In this document: positions 51,039 through 62,173 of the stretch, in pieces
Position numbering within the stretch: position 1 is the first letter of the stretch
Layout: each line of letters starts with the position of its first letter
NCBI GenBank assembly: GCA_973895155.1
Contig: OZ316898.1
Coordinates: forward strand, 14,166,330-14,230,329
Origin: Marsupella aquatica
Lineage: Eukaryota > Plantae > Marchantiophyta
DNA length: 64,000 bases
Direction: 5' to 3'
Translations under genes and position numbers: made by a program
The notes under the pieces: model-generated
The model's database searches: none
Told to the model about the DNA's origin: nothing
The model's input: only the letters and a program-made list of their open reading frames with translations

Positions 51039-51112
51039 CTGAAACAGACAAATATTGAAAGTTAAACGTTTATTATAAAATACTAACACGCGCATGGTCG
51101 CGTCATGCCGAA

Positions 51113-51679
51113 TTACATTTTAGGAACGTTTATCCTGACCCAATCTTCTCGCTCATCTTCATCTAACCAAAACCAAAGGTTCCTAAATGTGTCAAGTTCA
51201 GATCCTTCAAATCCACCCAGAATGTCCAGCGGCGGGAGAGTTCTGATGGATTCTGTAAATCTTAATGCGACACTCCGTGAAGTCAAATGCCTTCGAAGCG
51301 ATTCATATCCTGGTCTATCAGTGAAGTCATAAGCTACCAAGGTGACCGTCGCCCAAGTACTACTATAAGTAACTATGTGGCACCACTTCTTACTGACTGT
51401 TCGAATGGTGATCAAGTCCATGACCCGATTTTTAATCGCAGTATCCGACAAATTCCCAAGACAATGGAAAAACTCTTTGACTAATGGCCAAATATATTTC
51501 TCGACAATATCGTTCGGAAGACCGGGTATCAGGTCTTCAACTTGACTCCATATCATGTTTCGGTTGATAACCTTTGCACGTGCAATGCGCTCCATCATCA
51601 TTTGACGATGAGATTTTTGATTCATGTCAAAGGATTGCAGCATAATATGGAAAAGATTAAGAACAAGAACTGGGACCAC
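51113..51679 (-). CDS. F-box-like protein/exon 3
   Basis: LIPGLPNDIVEKYIWP...IRTVSKKWCHIV....W. Confidence 0.7.
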   Translation of the reverse strand: MVPVLVLNLFHIMLQSFDMNQKSHRQMMMERIARAKVINRNMIWSQVEDLIPGLPNDIVEKYIWPLVKEFFHCLGNLSDTAIKNRVMDLITIRTVSKKWCHIVTYSSTWATVTLVAYDFTDRPGYESLRRHLTSRSVALRFTESIRTLPPLDILGGFEGSELDTFRNLWFWLDEDEREDWVRINVPKM

Positions 51680-51824
51680 CTAGATTCTGAGAAAATCTAC
51701 CAAACCTTTCGATTAGAACATCTCGTTCTTCCTCATCTAAATTGTTATATTTGTTCATAATCAATGTGATTTCGTCATAAGTAGTAGTCCCAAGAACAGA
51801 TATTTCTGGAAGCATAGAAATATC

Positions 51825-52229
51825 CTATCGAATAACTAGACAGACTGAGTCAAACTCCAACTCGTTAGTTTTGGGTATGTCGTAAAGAGCTTCATTTGCG
51901 ACATCAACAATCCGGTTTGCTTGTTTGAGCATATCCCATAACCTTGTATTTGTAACTAAAAATTTCCACTTCTTGCTACAAGCTCCAAGCCGAATAAGGT
52001 CTCGGACCCTATCGATAACCAAATCGTTATCGAGGTGTCGATATCCACGCAATCTTTCAATTGAAATAAAGTGTTCGTAGAGTATTGGCCAAATGTTTGA
52101 AATGACCAAAACATCTGGTATTTCTCCAATGAGACTAGAGGAGGTTTCATCCAGCGTATCCCATATTGTTTTCTGTTTCCTTTCATGAGATGAAAGGAAA
52201 TCTCGAGCCTCATTCAAAAGTTGGCTCAT
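51825..52229 (-). CDS. F-box-like protein/exon 2
   Basis: LIGEIPDVLVISNIWP...LGACSKKWKFLV....LW. Confidence 0.65.
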   Translation of the reverse strand: MSQLLNEARDFLSSHERKQKTIWDTLDETSSSLIGEIPDVLVISNIWPILYEHFISIERLRGYRHLDNDLVIDRVRDLIRLGACSKKWKFLVTNTRLWDMLKQANRIVDVANEALYDIPKTNELEFDSVCLVIR

Positions 52230-52294
52230 CCTGCTTTTATCATATCACAAAACATTGTTAGAAGACATACGACGCGCTTGGTCACGTAAGTTAA

Positions 52295-52846
52295 CTAGAA
52301 TTCCTTAAAAGCGTAGATGTCACCCTCAAGGTATCCAACTTCGTGGCATCTGACTGTAAATTTCCATTTTTCAAGACGGTGAAGAGCATCGTAAGTCTTC
52401 GTGAAGAGTTCCCTAAGATCTCTGGACATTGACCCCATGAATTTAATTCTTGGGTATTTCTGGAAGAAACTTTGAACTGTCGATGAGAGAGACTCATTTC
52501 CGATCGGTTTAGTAGGATTTCGTGGGAAAGCCAAATCTAATAAACTCAACTTGATTACACCCAGAAGATAGGTATTCCCAACAAGGTGACACCATCTGCG
52601 ACACACCGAAGATAGTCCTACAAACTCATCCAATTCCTTTATTGAGAAATTTCCTGCATTAGCCGAGGAATTAAAAGTCTCCTTGATCCGAGGCCATATC
52701 AATTCCGCAACAATGAAATCTGGAAGTCCAGGTAGTAGTGTTTCAACAAATACAGAATATCCCGCCAGTAGACCATCTTGGCTTCTGTCCAAAACATCAA
52801 ATATTGGGCATAGATATCTGAAGCTCTCCAGACCAGGTTCGCCCAT
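52295..52846 (-). CDS. F-box-like protein/exon 1
   Basis: LLPGLPDFIVAELIWP...LSSVCRRWCHLV. Confidence 0.7.
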   Translation of the reverse strand: MGEPGLESFRYLCPIFDVLDRSQDGLLAGYSVFVETLLPGLPDFIVAELIWPRIKETFNSSANAGNFSIKELDEFVGLSSVCRRWCHLVGNTYLLGVIKLSLLDLAFPRNPTKPIGNESLSSTVQSFFQKYPRIKFMGSMSRDLRELFTKTYDALHRLEKWKFTVRCHEVGYLEGDIYAFKEF

Positions 52847-52984
52847 GACTCTTTTTAGCCAAATGATATATCCCAGAGATTATTTTCACACGACTGGTTG
52901 CGTCTACAAATCAGAATGTATAAACAATTCTTTGAGAGACTGATTTTTTCGGGTCACAACGTGACAAATCATAAATGTTGCTTC

Positions 52985-53550
52985 GTCCTCTAACAGAACC
53001 AGTCAATGAGAGAGCTACCTCAGACGCGAATGGTCACGTCAACTGCTCCTAAATGAAACCTTACCTCCTCTAACAGAACCAGTCAATGAGAGATCTACCT
53101 CAGACGCGACTAGTCACGTCAACTGGTTCTAAAAGGAACCTTACCTCCTCTAACATAACCATTCAATGAGAGAGCTACCTCAGACGCGACTGGTCGCGTC
53201 AACTGAACCTAAACAACTATATCCATTGAACCTTCCTTGTGGATATTTGGATATGGTATGCGCTCAATAAATCTATCCAGTTTCCTTCTCACACGCGACT
53301 GGTCGCGTCAACTGGTCCTAAAAGGAACCTTACCTCCTCTAACAGAACCAGTCAATGAGAGAGCTACCTCAAACGCGACTGGTCGCGTCAACTGAACCTA
53401 AACAACTATATCCATTGAACCTTCCTTGCGGAGATTTGGATATGGTACGCGCTCAGTAAATCTATCCAGTTTCCTTCTCACACGCGACTGGTCGCGTCAA
53501 CTGGTCATAAAAGGAACCTCACAATATTTTCACGCGACTGGTCGCATCAA
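52985..53550. repeat. Tandem array (~76-bp and ~100-bp modules), each carrying the ACGCGACTGGTCGCGT palindrome
   Basis: CCTCTAACAGAACCAGTCAATGAGAGAGCTACCTCAGACGCGA... four times; about 7 palindrome copies. Confidence 0.9.
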
Positions 53551-56169
53551 CAGCTCAAACAACTTTTGGACACTAGGATAATACAGTGATAAAACTATGA
53601 TTACTGACCCGTACGGACAAGGAAATCCGAGTAAGCATGATTTCATTCATTTGTATTCATTCATGAACTTTACAATAATTCAGATGTTTGAGCTCTGTCA
53701 TTGTGAAACTATTATATATCAGAAGTTTAGAGAACGATTCAGCTAAGATGATTCAATTTAGCAGTCTACTGGTTGTATTCATCAATTAAAGGATTCAGTG
53801 TAATGAGATTCACATAACATGAGAGTTTATATGATTAAATTCACAGCGTGCAAGTTTGTAATGAGTTTGTAATGAGTTTGTAATGAGTTTGTATGATTCA
53901 CACATATTTGAGTTTACAAACAAACCGCATTATGAAAACTCAGCTTAACAATCAAGAGAAATTTTAGCAAACAACAATCAACACCAACAGAAAATATAGA
54001 AATTGCACCTGAATTCTAAAAATTTGATGTAATCGTCTGAGAGATTGACCAAGCACTTGAAGACCTTGCTGCGGCATTCCAGAAAGTAAATATAAGATTG
54101 AAGATAATAATATGCTAAGCAACAACAACACAGCTTCTATACTTCTATACATAGAGCTTCGCTGCCACCAATTGAATAACATGTACTTAATGCTAAGGAA
54201 CTCATTATGTCGAGTTAAAAAGACTCTTTCAGAAGTACAATCAAAGCTATGGATAGGCAAACTGAGCATGAATAAAAGCGCACTAAACCTAAAGATTCAA
54301 AGAGGTGAAACAAACCTGAATGCTGAATGGAAGGAGCTGAAACAAGCTGCCAAATAGTAGTTCGAGCTGCTGAAACACGTTGATCGAGCTGATATGAGCT
54401 TAAAATTGGCTGACATGAGCTGATACGAGCACTCCCAAAAAACTAGCTGCAACGAATCCAACGGGCTCCTAAGAATCCCTTCGAGCAAACTAGAAGTGAA
54501 TACAAGCTGTAAATGCAAGCTGCAACGCGCCAACGAGCTCTGGTCGAAACGATCGACAACTACTAAGAGCTGCAACGCGCCGACAAGCACCTGACCACAA
54601 CGAACAAGCTGCAACGACAAAAATGAAATCCAGGGCAGGAGCAAGAGCGACGAGAGCGAGAGTGAGAGCGACGAGAGCAGGCGCACGAAAGTCTAGGGAG
54701 CGAGAAACAACAACAATGAACAGTGAACTCAAGACCGTGGGCGCCAACACTAAGGAAGGACTAATTAGGGTATTGTTTTAGCATAACCCTAATAACAGCC
54801 TAGCGACAGGAAGATTCCAGATGATCTCCGTACACTCCACCATCGACTCAAAAAACTATGCAATCGTGAAAAAACGATTACCGGATTCCTTTTGATTTGC
54901 CGTACTAAAGGAGATTTCTATTTGATCGCCAATTTGAAATTTAAACCGGTAATTATGCAACTGCAAAAGATTGTTAGTGGGGACCCCCGGATCCGGATCC
55001 GGATCTGTATCTTCACTATATCTGCCAATTCAATTTAAAATGTCAACGAACGACAACTTTCTCACAATCGTTCCATCACGTAATGGAGGCAAACTTCAAA
55101 ATCATTCCATTTTGGTAGTGGAGACCGTTGGATCCGTACTCCACTCTCTATCTTGCCAATTCAAACCCATACTCTAAACAACGTAAAACGATTCTCACGG
55201 TCGGGGAGAACCGATATTCAAAATCAATCCTGTACAATGATTCTCACAACTGGAGACTCAACCAATTTTCAAAATCAAAATCGAGTCTAGATGAACACAT
55301 CCTTCATGGAGTCAATAGACAGATCTCATTGCTCACGGATCATTCCTCATTTTTAGTTTCTCCTGACCAGGATACTAGCTGGGCTCTCAGCGGAGGCTGA
55401 TCCAAGGCACATTTGAGGTGGAGCAGATTGGATCATTCGACTATTCCAGTCGGAGGCGGAGCTCAATCAAGCAACACTGGCGCAGTTCTTGTTGTATCAC
55501 CTTCAATCTTGGGGAGAGCACATCCGATCAAGCGGGAGAGTTGCGACGAAGTGAGATGACAAACATTTAGAACCTCCATAGTCTGCCTCATTCATCGAAG
55601 CATACTAGCGGACCAACAAAGAGCGGATATTCTGAAATCACTGTCTGGTCGAGGATTTTGATCTTGATACGATCAACAAGTTGTCATTCTCTGGTGGTGC
55701 GATTCGGTCACGATACTCAAGGAAATTGGAGTTCGAAGGAGGAGGCTTAGTTGGTTGGGACGAGGAGGCTACGCTGGAAGGAAGAGGTTTGGCTGGGAGG
55801 AGGGTTTCCACCAACATCGGAGGGTTGCCACCAACATTGCTGAGACCACACGCAACTGAATAACTTGTAAGTATCAATCAACATTAATTCCGCAATAAAT
55901 GAGGAGAGTAGTTGCCTTAAATCACGCCTTCAATGCATGAATTGACTCAATGAAGTTATGGTCCAATTTCTCACTCCAATTTTGATCAATCCGTGTTTCA
56001 AGTCCAATACAGAAGCAATGTATCAGAAGTACTAGTAGAGGATCCAAATGAATTCTCTAGTCTAAAATTGTATGGCGTTCAAGTCTAGTTGTCCGTACAT
56101 TTTGCTATTGTTTATTATAGTTGACGGCCTAGCAAAACGAAACGTAATCGAGGTCCATTTTTCAGATCA

Positions 56170-56830
56170 GACTGCTCTCAACTTGTTAGTAGGATGACAT
56201 GATTTTTTGGTTACACATGTAGTTCGTCACGCGCACAGTCGCGTGAACCAATTTATCTCGTGTCTTTTGATATTGTTTATTGTAGTCCACAGCCTAGCGA
56301 ATTGGCCAGCAATCTATTTTAAAAGCAACGTCTTCGGTTTATCACGCGCACGGTCGCGTTAATGTTTTCGAGGTCAGCAAAAGCTCTGCACTCTTAGACG
56401 TAATCGCCCTTTATTTCTTAGATCTTCCTGATCTCAACTTGTTAGTAGGATGACCTGTTTTTCAGTTACACATGTAGTTCGTTACGCGCACAGTCGCGTG
56501 AACCAATTTATCTTGTGTCTTTTGATATTGTTTATTGTAGTCAACAGCCTAGCGAATTGGCCAGCAATCTATTTTAAAATCGAGGTCTGCGTTTCATCAC
56601 GCGACCGGTCACGTTAATGTTTTAGAGGTCAGCAAAAGCTCTGCACTCTTAGACGTAAATACCCTTTATTTCTCAGATCTGCCTGATCTCAACTTGTTAG
56701 TAGGATGACCTGTTTTTGGTTACACATGTAGTTCATCACGCGCACAGTCGCGTGAACCAATTTATCTCAGGTCTTTTTGATATTGTTTATTATAGTCGAC
56801 AGCCTAGCGAATTGTCAGTCAGAGGAATCT
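56170..56830. repeat. ~255-bp tandem repeat (about 2.5 copies) with two palindrome copies per unit
   Basis: TCTCAACTTGTTAGTAGGATGAC...CACGCGCACAGTCGCGTGAACCAATTTATCT recurs three times. Confidence 0.9.
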
Positions 56831-57060
56831 CGATTTTTCCTTGATTGCAAAAATGGTTACATCAATCCCGAAGGACTTTGGATGTGGAATCCATATCCAC
56901 TAGCACTATCCAGGAATTTAACTGACCTGGTCTTTCGAACACTATTTTCCACGGGACGAAATTAAGCTACACAGTATCTATAACAAGTTCTAACTTGAAC
57001 TACTCTTGAATCTGTAGTTCTAATCTTTGACTACTCAAAATATTGTTGACTTCGATCGAG

Positions 57061-57432
57061 TCAGTCATTCCAAGATGAAGGCATCCACTCATCGGTGTCT
57101 GGTGTGGATTCCCTTGAATCCAGAAATTCTTTCTTTGCCCAAGTCTTAACGTCCATAGATTTTCTCGGCTTGCTCTTTCTGTAATACAAATCAGAATCTT
57201 CGTTCATCTCTAATTGCCTTTTCTTCGGTGCGTCCACTTTCTTGGCCTCCTTCTTGACTGTCTTAGCGTCTGCTGCTGCTTCCCCCGAAATGGATTCGAC
57301 GCATGCTCTGGCCTTCAACTTCTCCCCCCTCGAAACAGATTCCACGAGGGCTTTGCCCTTTAACTTCTCCCCTGATGCCATCTTTGTAGTCATCTCTGTC
57401 GGATTGGTCTCCATCTGATCTTCCATCGACAA
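57061..57432 (-). CDS. Small charged hypothetical ORF in the Sola-like element
   Basis: 123-aa K/E-rich ORF with an internal duplication (GEKLK.KA/RA.VES.S); TATA-like sequence ~300 bp upstream on the minus strand. Confidence 0.35.
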   Translation of the reverse strand: MSMEDQMETNPTEMTTKMASGEKLKGKALVESVSRGEKLKARACVESISGEAAADAKTVKKEAKKVDAPKKRQLEMNEDSDLYYRKSKPRKSMDVKTWAKKEFLDSRESTPDTDEWMPSSWND

Positions 57433-57914
57433 ATATGGCGAACAATGTCGTCTCTCCTAAAACATTTGACCCGATTTAGTCACCATAAACATTATATTAC
57501 ATCGCTGACACATTCTGTAAGGAGTACCATGAATTCGATACGTCGAACCTTCTGAAACATCCGTCGGAACATCCTCATTCTTTGAGCTCAGCGGAGTAGT
57601 CATCGCCCTTCAAACAAGAGATGCGGACCGAGACTAAGAATTGGAAATGAGAGAGCTGATGTGCGAATAGATTATCCAGTAGCCAGAAAGTGGAATGCGT
57701 GGGGGAATGAGCAATAGGGATCATCTCAATGCTTTATACTGTTTAGTCTCCACTAGACAGTCATTGTACATAGTGGTTTCTAGAAGAGAGTGCGCGTTTG
57801 ACTGGCGCGTATTAGAATTGGCGGGAAGTTCAGTTGTCCTTTAATTATGGCTTTAATTTCACGTTTGGCGACCGCCCCGGGAATACTGATTGCTAGTGAA
57901 GTACTAAGATCTTA

Positions 57915-58745
57915 TGAGGGTCAGTAGTTACTGACTGTCCGGTGTTCACTCATTGGTAAACTGGTACTGTCCACTCATTTTTTCTGAGTGGAGTTGAAAT
58001 GATTGTTTGTAATTGATTGTAGTCGTTCTCATTCACTTGAAATGACTGACGGACCATGCATAATCTGTTACCGGTATGTGTGATGCCTTTAGATCCGTAA
58101 TTGTATCTTCTTGTCTCACGCGCAATTGTATCTTACTTATGAAGTACCAAGTACGAGCTAGAGTTTGGGCCTAGCCTTCTAGCTTCTATGTCGTAGACCC
58201 TGTTATCCCTACACCCTCTGACTAAGGTCACGCGACATGCCTTTAGATCCATAATTGTATCTTCCTGTCTCACGTGCAATCATATCTTACTTATGAAGTA
58301 CCAAGTACGAGCTAGAGTTTGGGCCTAGCCTTCTAGCTTCTACGTCGTAGACCCTGTTATCCCTACACCCTCTGACTAAGGTCACGCAACTAGTCACGTG
58401 CAGGGCAGTGCATTGACTATATTCTGCCTACTTATTGACGGTCGTGATAGGACAATGCAGTTCATGGACATTTTACTGGCACTTATTAGCATTACTGTCC
58501 TCAGTAGTTACTGACTGTCCACTCATTTATTCTGAGTGGATGTGAAATGATTGATCGTAATCGATTGTGGTCGTTCTCATTCATTTGAAATGACTGACGG
58601 ACCATGCATAGTCTGTTGCCGGTATGTGTGGTACCTCTAGGGTCACGCGACCAGTCGCGTGCAGCGCAGTGCATTGACTACATTCTGCTTATTGACCAAC
58701 GTGACAGGACAGTGCAGTGAAATTGACGGACGTGACAGGACTGTA
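57915..58745. repeat. Duplicated blocks (~165 bp x2, flanked by a ~150-bp x2 block) upstream of the transposase, with palindrome copies
   Basis: 58086-58235 repeats at ~58238-58390; TCAGTAGTTACTGACTGTCC blocks at ~57921 and ~58501; TCACGCGACCAGTCGCGTG at ~58643. Confidence 0.85.
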
Positions 58746-58787
58746 TGCTTACAGTGATATTCTCTGATGTGCAGGATCATAATTATT

Positions 58788-61700
58788 ATGGTGACATCTA
58801 CAGTCTGGATCAGGGAAGGCAAACACGTTATTATAGGCATACGTGAGAAACAGGTTGGAAAAGGTCGCGTGATAAGTCTTGATCCTTCCAGGGTTTGTCA
58901 CAATGTTCCTCTTGGGGCGGACAAAGTTCTTCTTCTATTGGAGGAAGTTTTTGACGAGACCATTCTATGCAAAGATGGCAAACTTTTGAAGGACATGATT
59001 GGGGGTTACCTTGTATGGGAAAGGAATCAGCTTTTTCGAGCTCCCATGGAATCGGAGGATGTGTTTGGCACTGTTGGTGATGATCAAGATCCAGTCAATC
59101 AAAATTCTGATGGGAACAACCATAATGAGAGTCGGTCTGGTGTGGAAGTAGTTTTACCAAAGGCCTTGTGGATGGGCATGCCTGTAAAGGTGGTGGATGA
59201 GAACAAGTTGATTTTTGCAGTGGCAACTATACATGTTCTAGATCCTATAGTCAAGCTTGGGGATGTCACCCTTGGGAATACACATGTGGGAATTCTGATC
59301 AACAATTTTGTCGAGGGAGCTACCATAGATCATCTGAAGCATAGAGATTGCTTAAAAGCTTGGTCGATGGACCAACTCATTGCCAAGGATGGCAACTTGT
59401 TGTCTTTCCACAACATCAGGCAAGCTGTGGGAGGGAACACATCTCCAACAAGTGGCAAGCGGTCCTACGTCCATAAAAGTAGGAAAAGAAAGAGTCCATC
59501 TTCCCAGACATCTAGAAGAGACACATCTTTGGCACGTCAAGATGTGTTGTTGATAAACACTAAGGACTGTTGTAGTGAACATTGTTGCCAATATTTGGAC
59601 CGCAACTTGGCTATGGCAATTAGGCAAAAGTGGTGGTCAAAATCTTTTGCGGAGCGCAAGGAGGAGGAAATCAAGGCTATTAAAAATACAATACACTTGG
59701 GTACTGGAGAAAGGATTCTAGCAGTGGAGGGCAAAGTATTGTGCTTGGAGGCATGGAGAATCATTCATTCAAGAGGAAAGACTCAATTTTATGCCTTGAA
59801 GAAGACTGTGATGGCTGGAATGAACATAGGTACCCATGGTAATGCTGGAAAAAGGCGTATGTCCGAGAAAGTATCTCAAGCGTTCATGTCAATGAAAGAG
59901 ATTATTGAGGAGGCAGCTGATCATCATCCAGCCAAGTTGAGAACCATGGCAGATAATACAAGGATGGTTTTGAGGGAATTGCCAACAAATCTTACTTGGG
60001 AGAATATTAGAAACAGGGTTAATATTGTCAACCAGGAGGCTGGTCTTCCTCCAATTTCCCAACCCACCTTGAGTCATCTACATCAGATGTATTTCAGGGA
60101 GTTCTCACGTCACAAAAAGGGCAACAACTTTTCAAAGTGTACAACTTGTAGTGAGTTGCTTCAACGGAAAGCAAACCTTACAAGAGCTAAGGAAGAGTTA
60201 GAGGGCCTAAGGCGTGACGAGGAGGAACATCACCAAGACCACACACAGCAAAGAATGTGCTATCATACCTGGAGATATGAGTCCATCCATCGTCCAAAGG
60301 AAGTGTTATGCCTTATTCACATGATAAGATGGATCATTCAAAGACAGCTCTCCCAAGAATGCCCTTCAATCCTAAGCATGTGGATGGTGCCCAAAAGTTC
60401 CCAATTACTGTCACTGGTATCCTTACTCATGGTCATGGTCCCAAGGCCATAGCCCAATATCATGTTGGAGTGTGGCCAGGTGATGTCAACATCACTATTG
60501 GGTCAATTGATTCAATACTAAGGATGTTGGAAAACCCAAATCCAATGATCAAATCACTTGTGGAGGGGCCAGACTCGACAAGTCTTTTTAAAGACCTCCT
60601 TTTTGGGAGAGCAGATATCTTGGAGGCAAGTGTCCCTAGAGCATTTGAGGATGACATTGCCTACATCTCAAGCCTAGGTACTTTACTCACAATCCTTTAA
60701 TTTATTATTATTTAATAATATAAGCTCACACACACTGACACTCTACTTTGTGTAGTTGTTGCTCCTCCTAGTCAAGGTTTCATTAATAGGGTTTAAACCC
60801 TAAACCCTAAATTGGGGTTTAGGGTCTGACTAGGGTTTTATTTAAAAGCATTCTGAGATTGTTACATTGTGATGCAGCACCTGAGGCACCAAAGTTCAGG
60901 CCCCTTCCACGAGTATTGAAGCTACAACTGGATAATTGTGCCTCAGACAACAAGAACAGATATATGATGGCTTATTTGTCATTGTTGACGGCAAGGGAGG
61001 TGTTTGAAGAGGTTCATCTTGGTTTTATGGTGGTTGGGCATACTCATGAGGACGTTGACGGTATGTTTGGGCATTTTTCAGAGTCTATGATGCATAACCC
61101 CACATACTCATTGCCTGAGTTAATGTCCTTGTTCATGAGAGCAAGGACACCCAATGCAGTCCCACATTTTCTACAGGAGGTCCCAGATTTCAAAAACTAC
61201 TTAGCTCCATTCATGTTGAAGGGCCCTAAGGCATTGGTGGGGCATTTAAAACCCAGGCTGTTTAGGTTCTATGTTCGTCATGATAGTATGCCATGCTTCC
61301 AATACAAAATGAAGTCAACTGATCAGGGATGGTTACCCAAGGAAGGTATTGAAATGTGGTCATGGAAAGATGACAAAAGTCCTCACATCCCAATTGGGGT
61401 GCCCAAACGGCTACCAATGATGGAGTTGAAAATGCTTCCTGAAGTGCTGACAGGGTTGAAGAAGCATGTGTCATTCTTTGAGTTTATTCTAAAGCGAACA
61501 AAAGAGGAAGAACCAAAGCGACGTTGGACAACTCTCATCAATTATTGGAATGACATTGTAGATACTCTACAGGGTGAGCAGGTGCAATATGAACCTGAAG
61601 GTGCACACAACTTGGAATATGGGTTTTGGCCTTTATCAATATGGAGAGAGCACGTTCCACCAGAATATCGAAATGTGGCATGTGAGTTGGAGGCAACAGT

Positions 61701-62173
61701 GGATTATGTGGGACCAGCAAAAGATAAACCTCCTGAGAGTTTTAACCCTAGGGTTGATGTTGTGAAGGGCTATTATGTGTTGGTACGGCCGGACGACTCA
61801 GACCTGGATGTTTATCCCGTCCATATGGGGTTAGTTGTTACAGATGTCAGTGGTAGAAGGACCAGTGAATGAACAAAACCTTCTTCTTACTCATGTATGT
61901 GGTGTTGAGTGGTTTAGACCATTTATGGCAAAGAAGCAACGTGGTCAATCAGACTGGCAGCCAAGAGAGCGGTGGGCAGATTCTTGGGATAAGAAATGGG
62001 AACGTGATCCAACTCCAATATACAAGGAAGCTGAGACAATAGATGTTTCCTCTGCCTTGTGGTGTTTCAAAGCACGTAAAGGACCAGTGACAGGGCTGGT
62101 AGGAATTCCAAAGAATGTTGCTGTCAAGGCAAGAGACTATCTCTTGACATGCATAGCAAGTGACAAATCCTAG
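58788..62173 (+). pseudogene. Sola1-type DDD transposase with two N-terminal Tnp1/En/Spm-like domains; intron ~60678-60877; frameshifts near 60320 and 61850
   Basis: CCSEHC, CLEAW, HGN, FSKCTTC, HDKMDHSKT, LQLDNCASDNKN, FMVVGHTHEDVDGMF. Confidence 0.8.

Noticed and set aside
54950-55880. Additional cargo gene in the Sola-like element
   Set aside because: It looks coding-like, but only short broken ORFs with no recognisable motif are present, so it cannot be supported.
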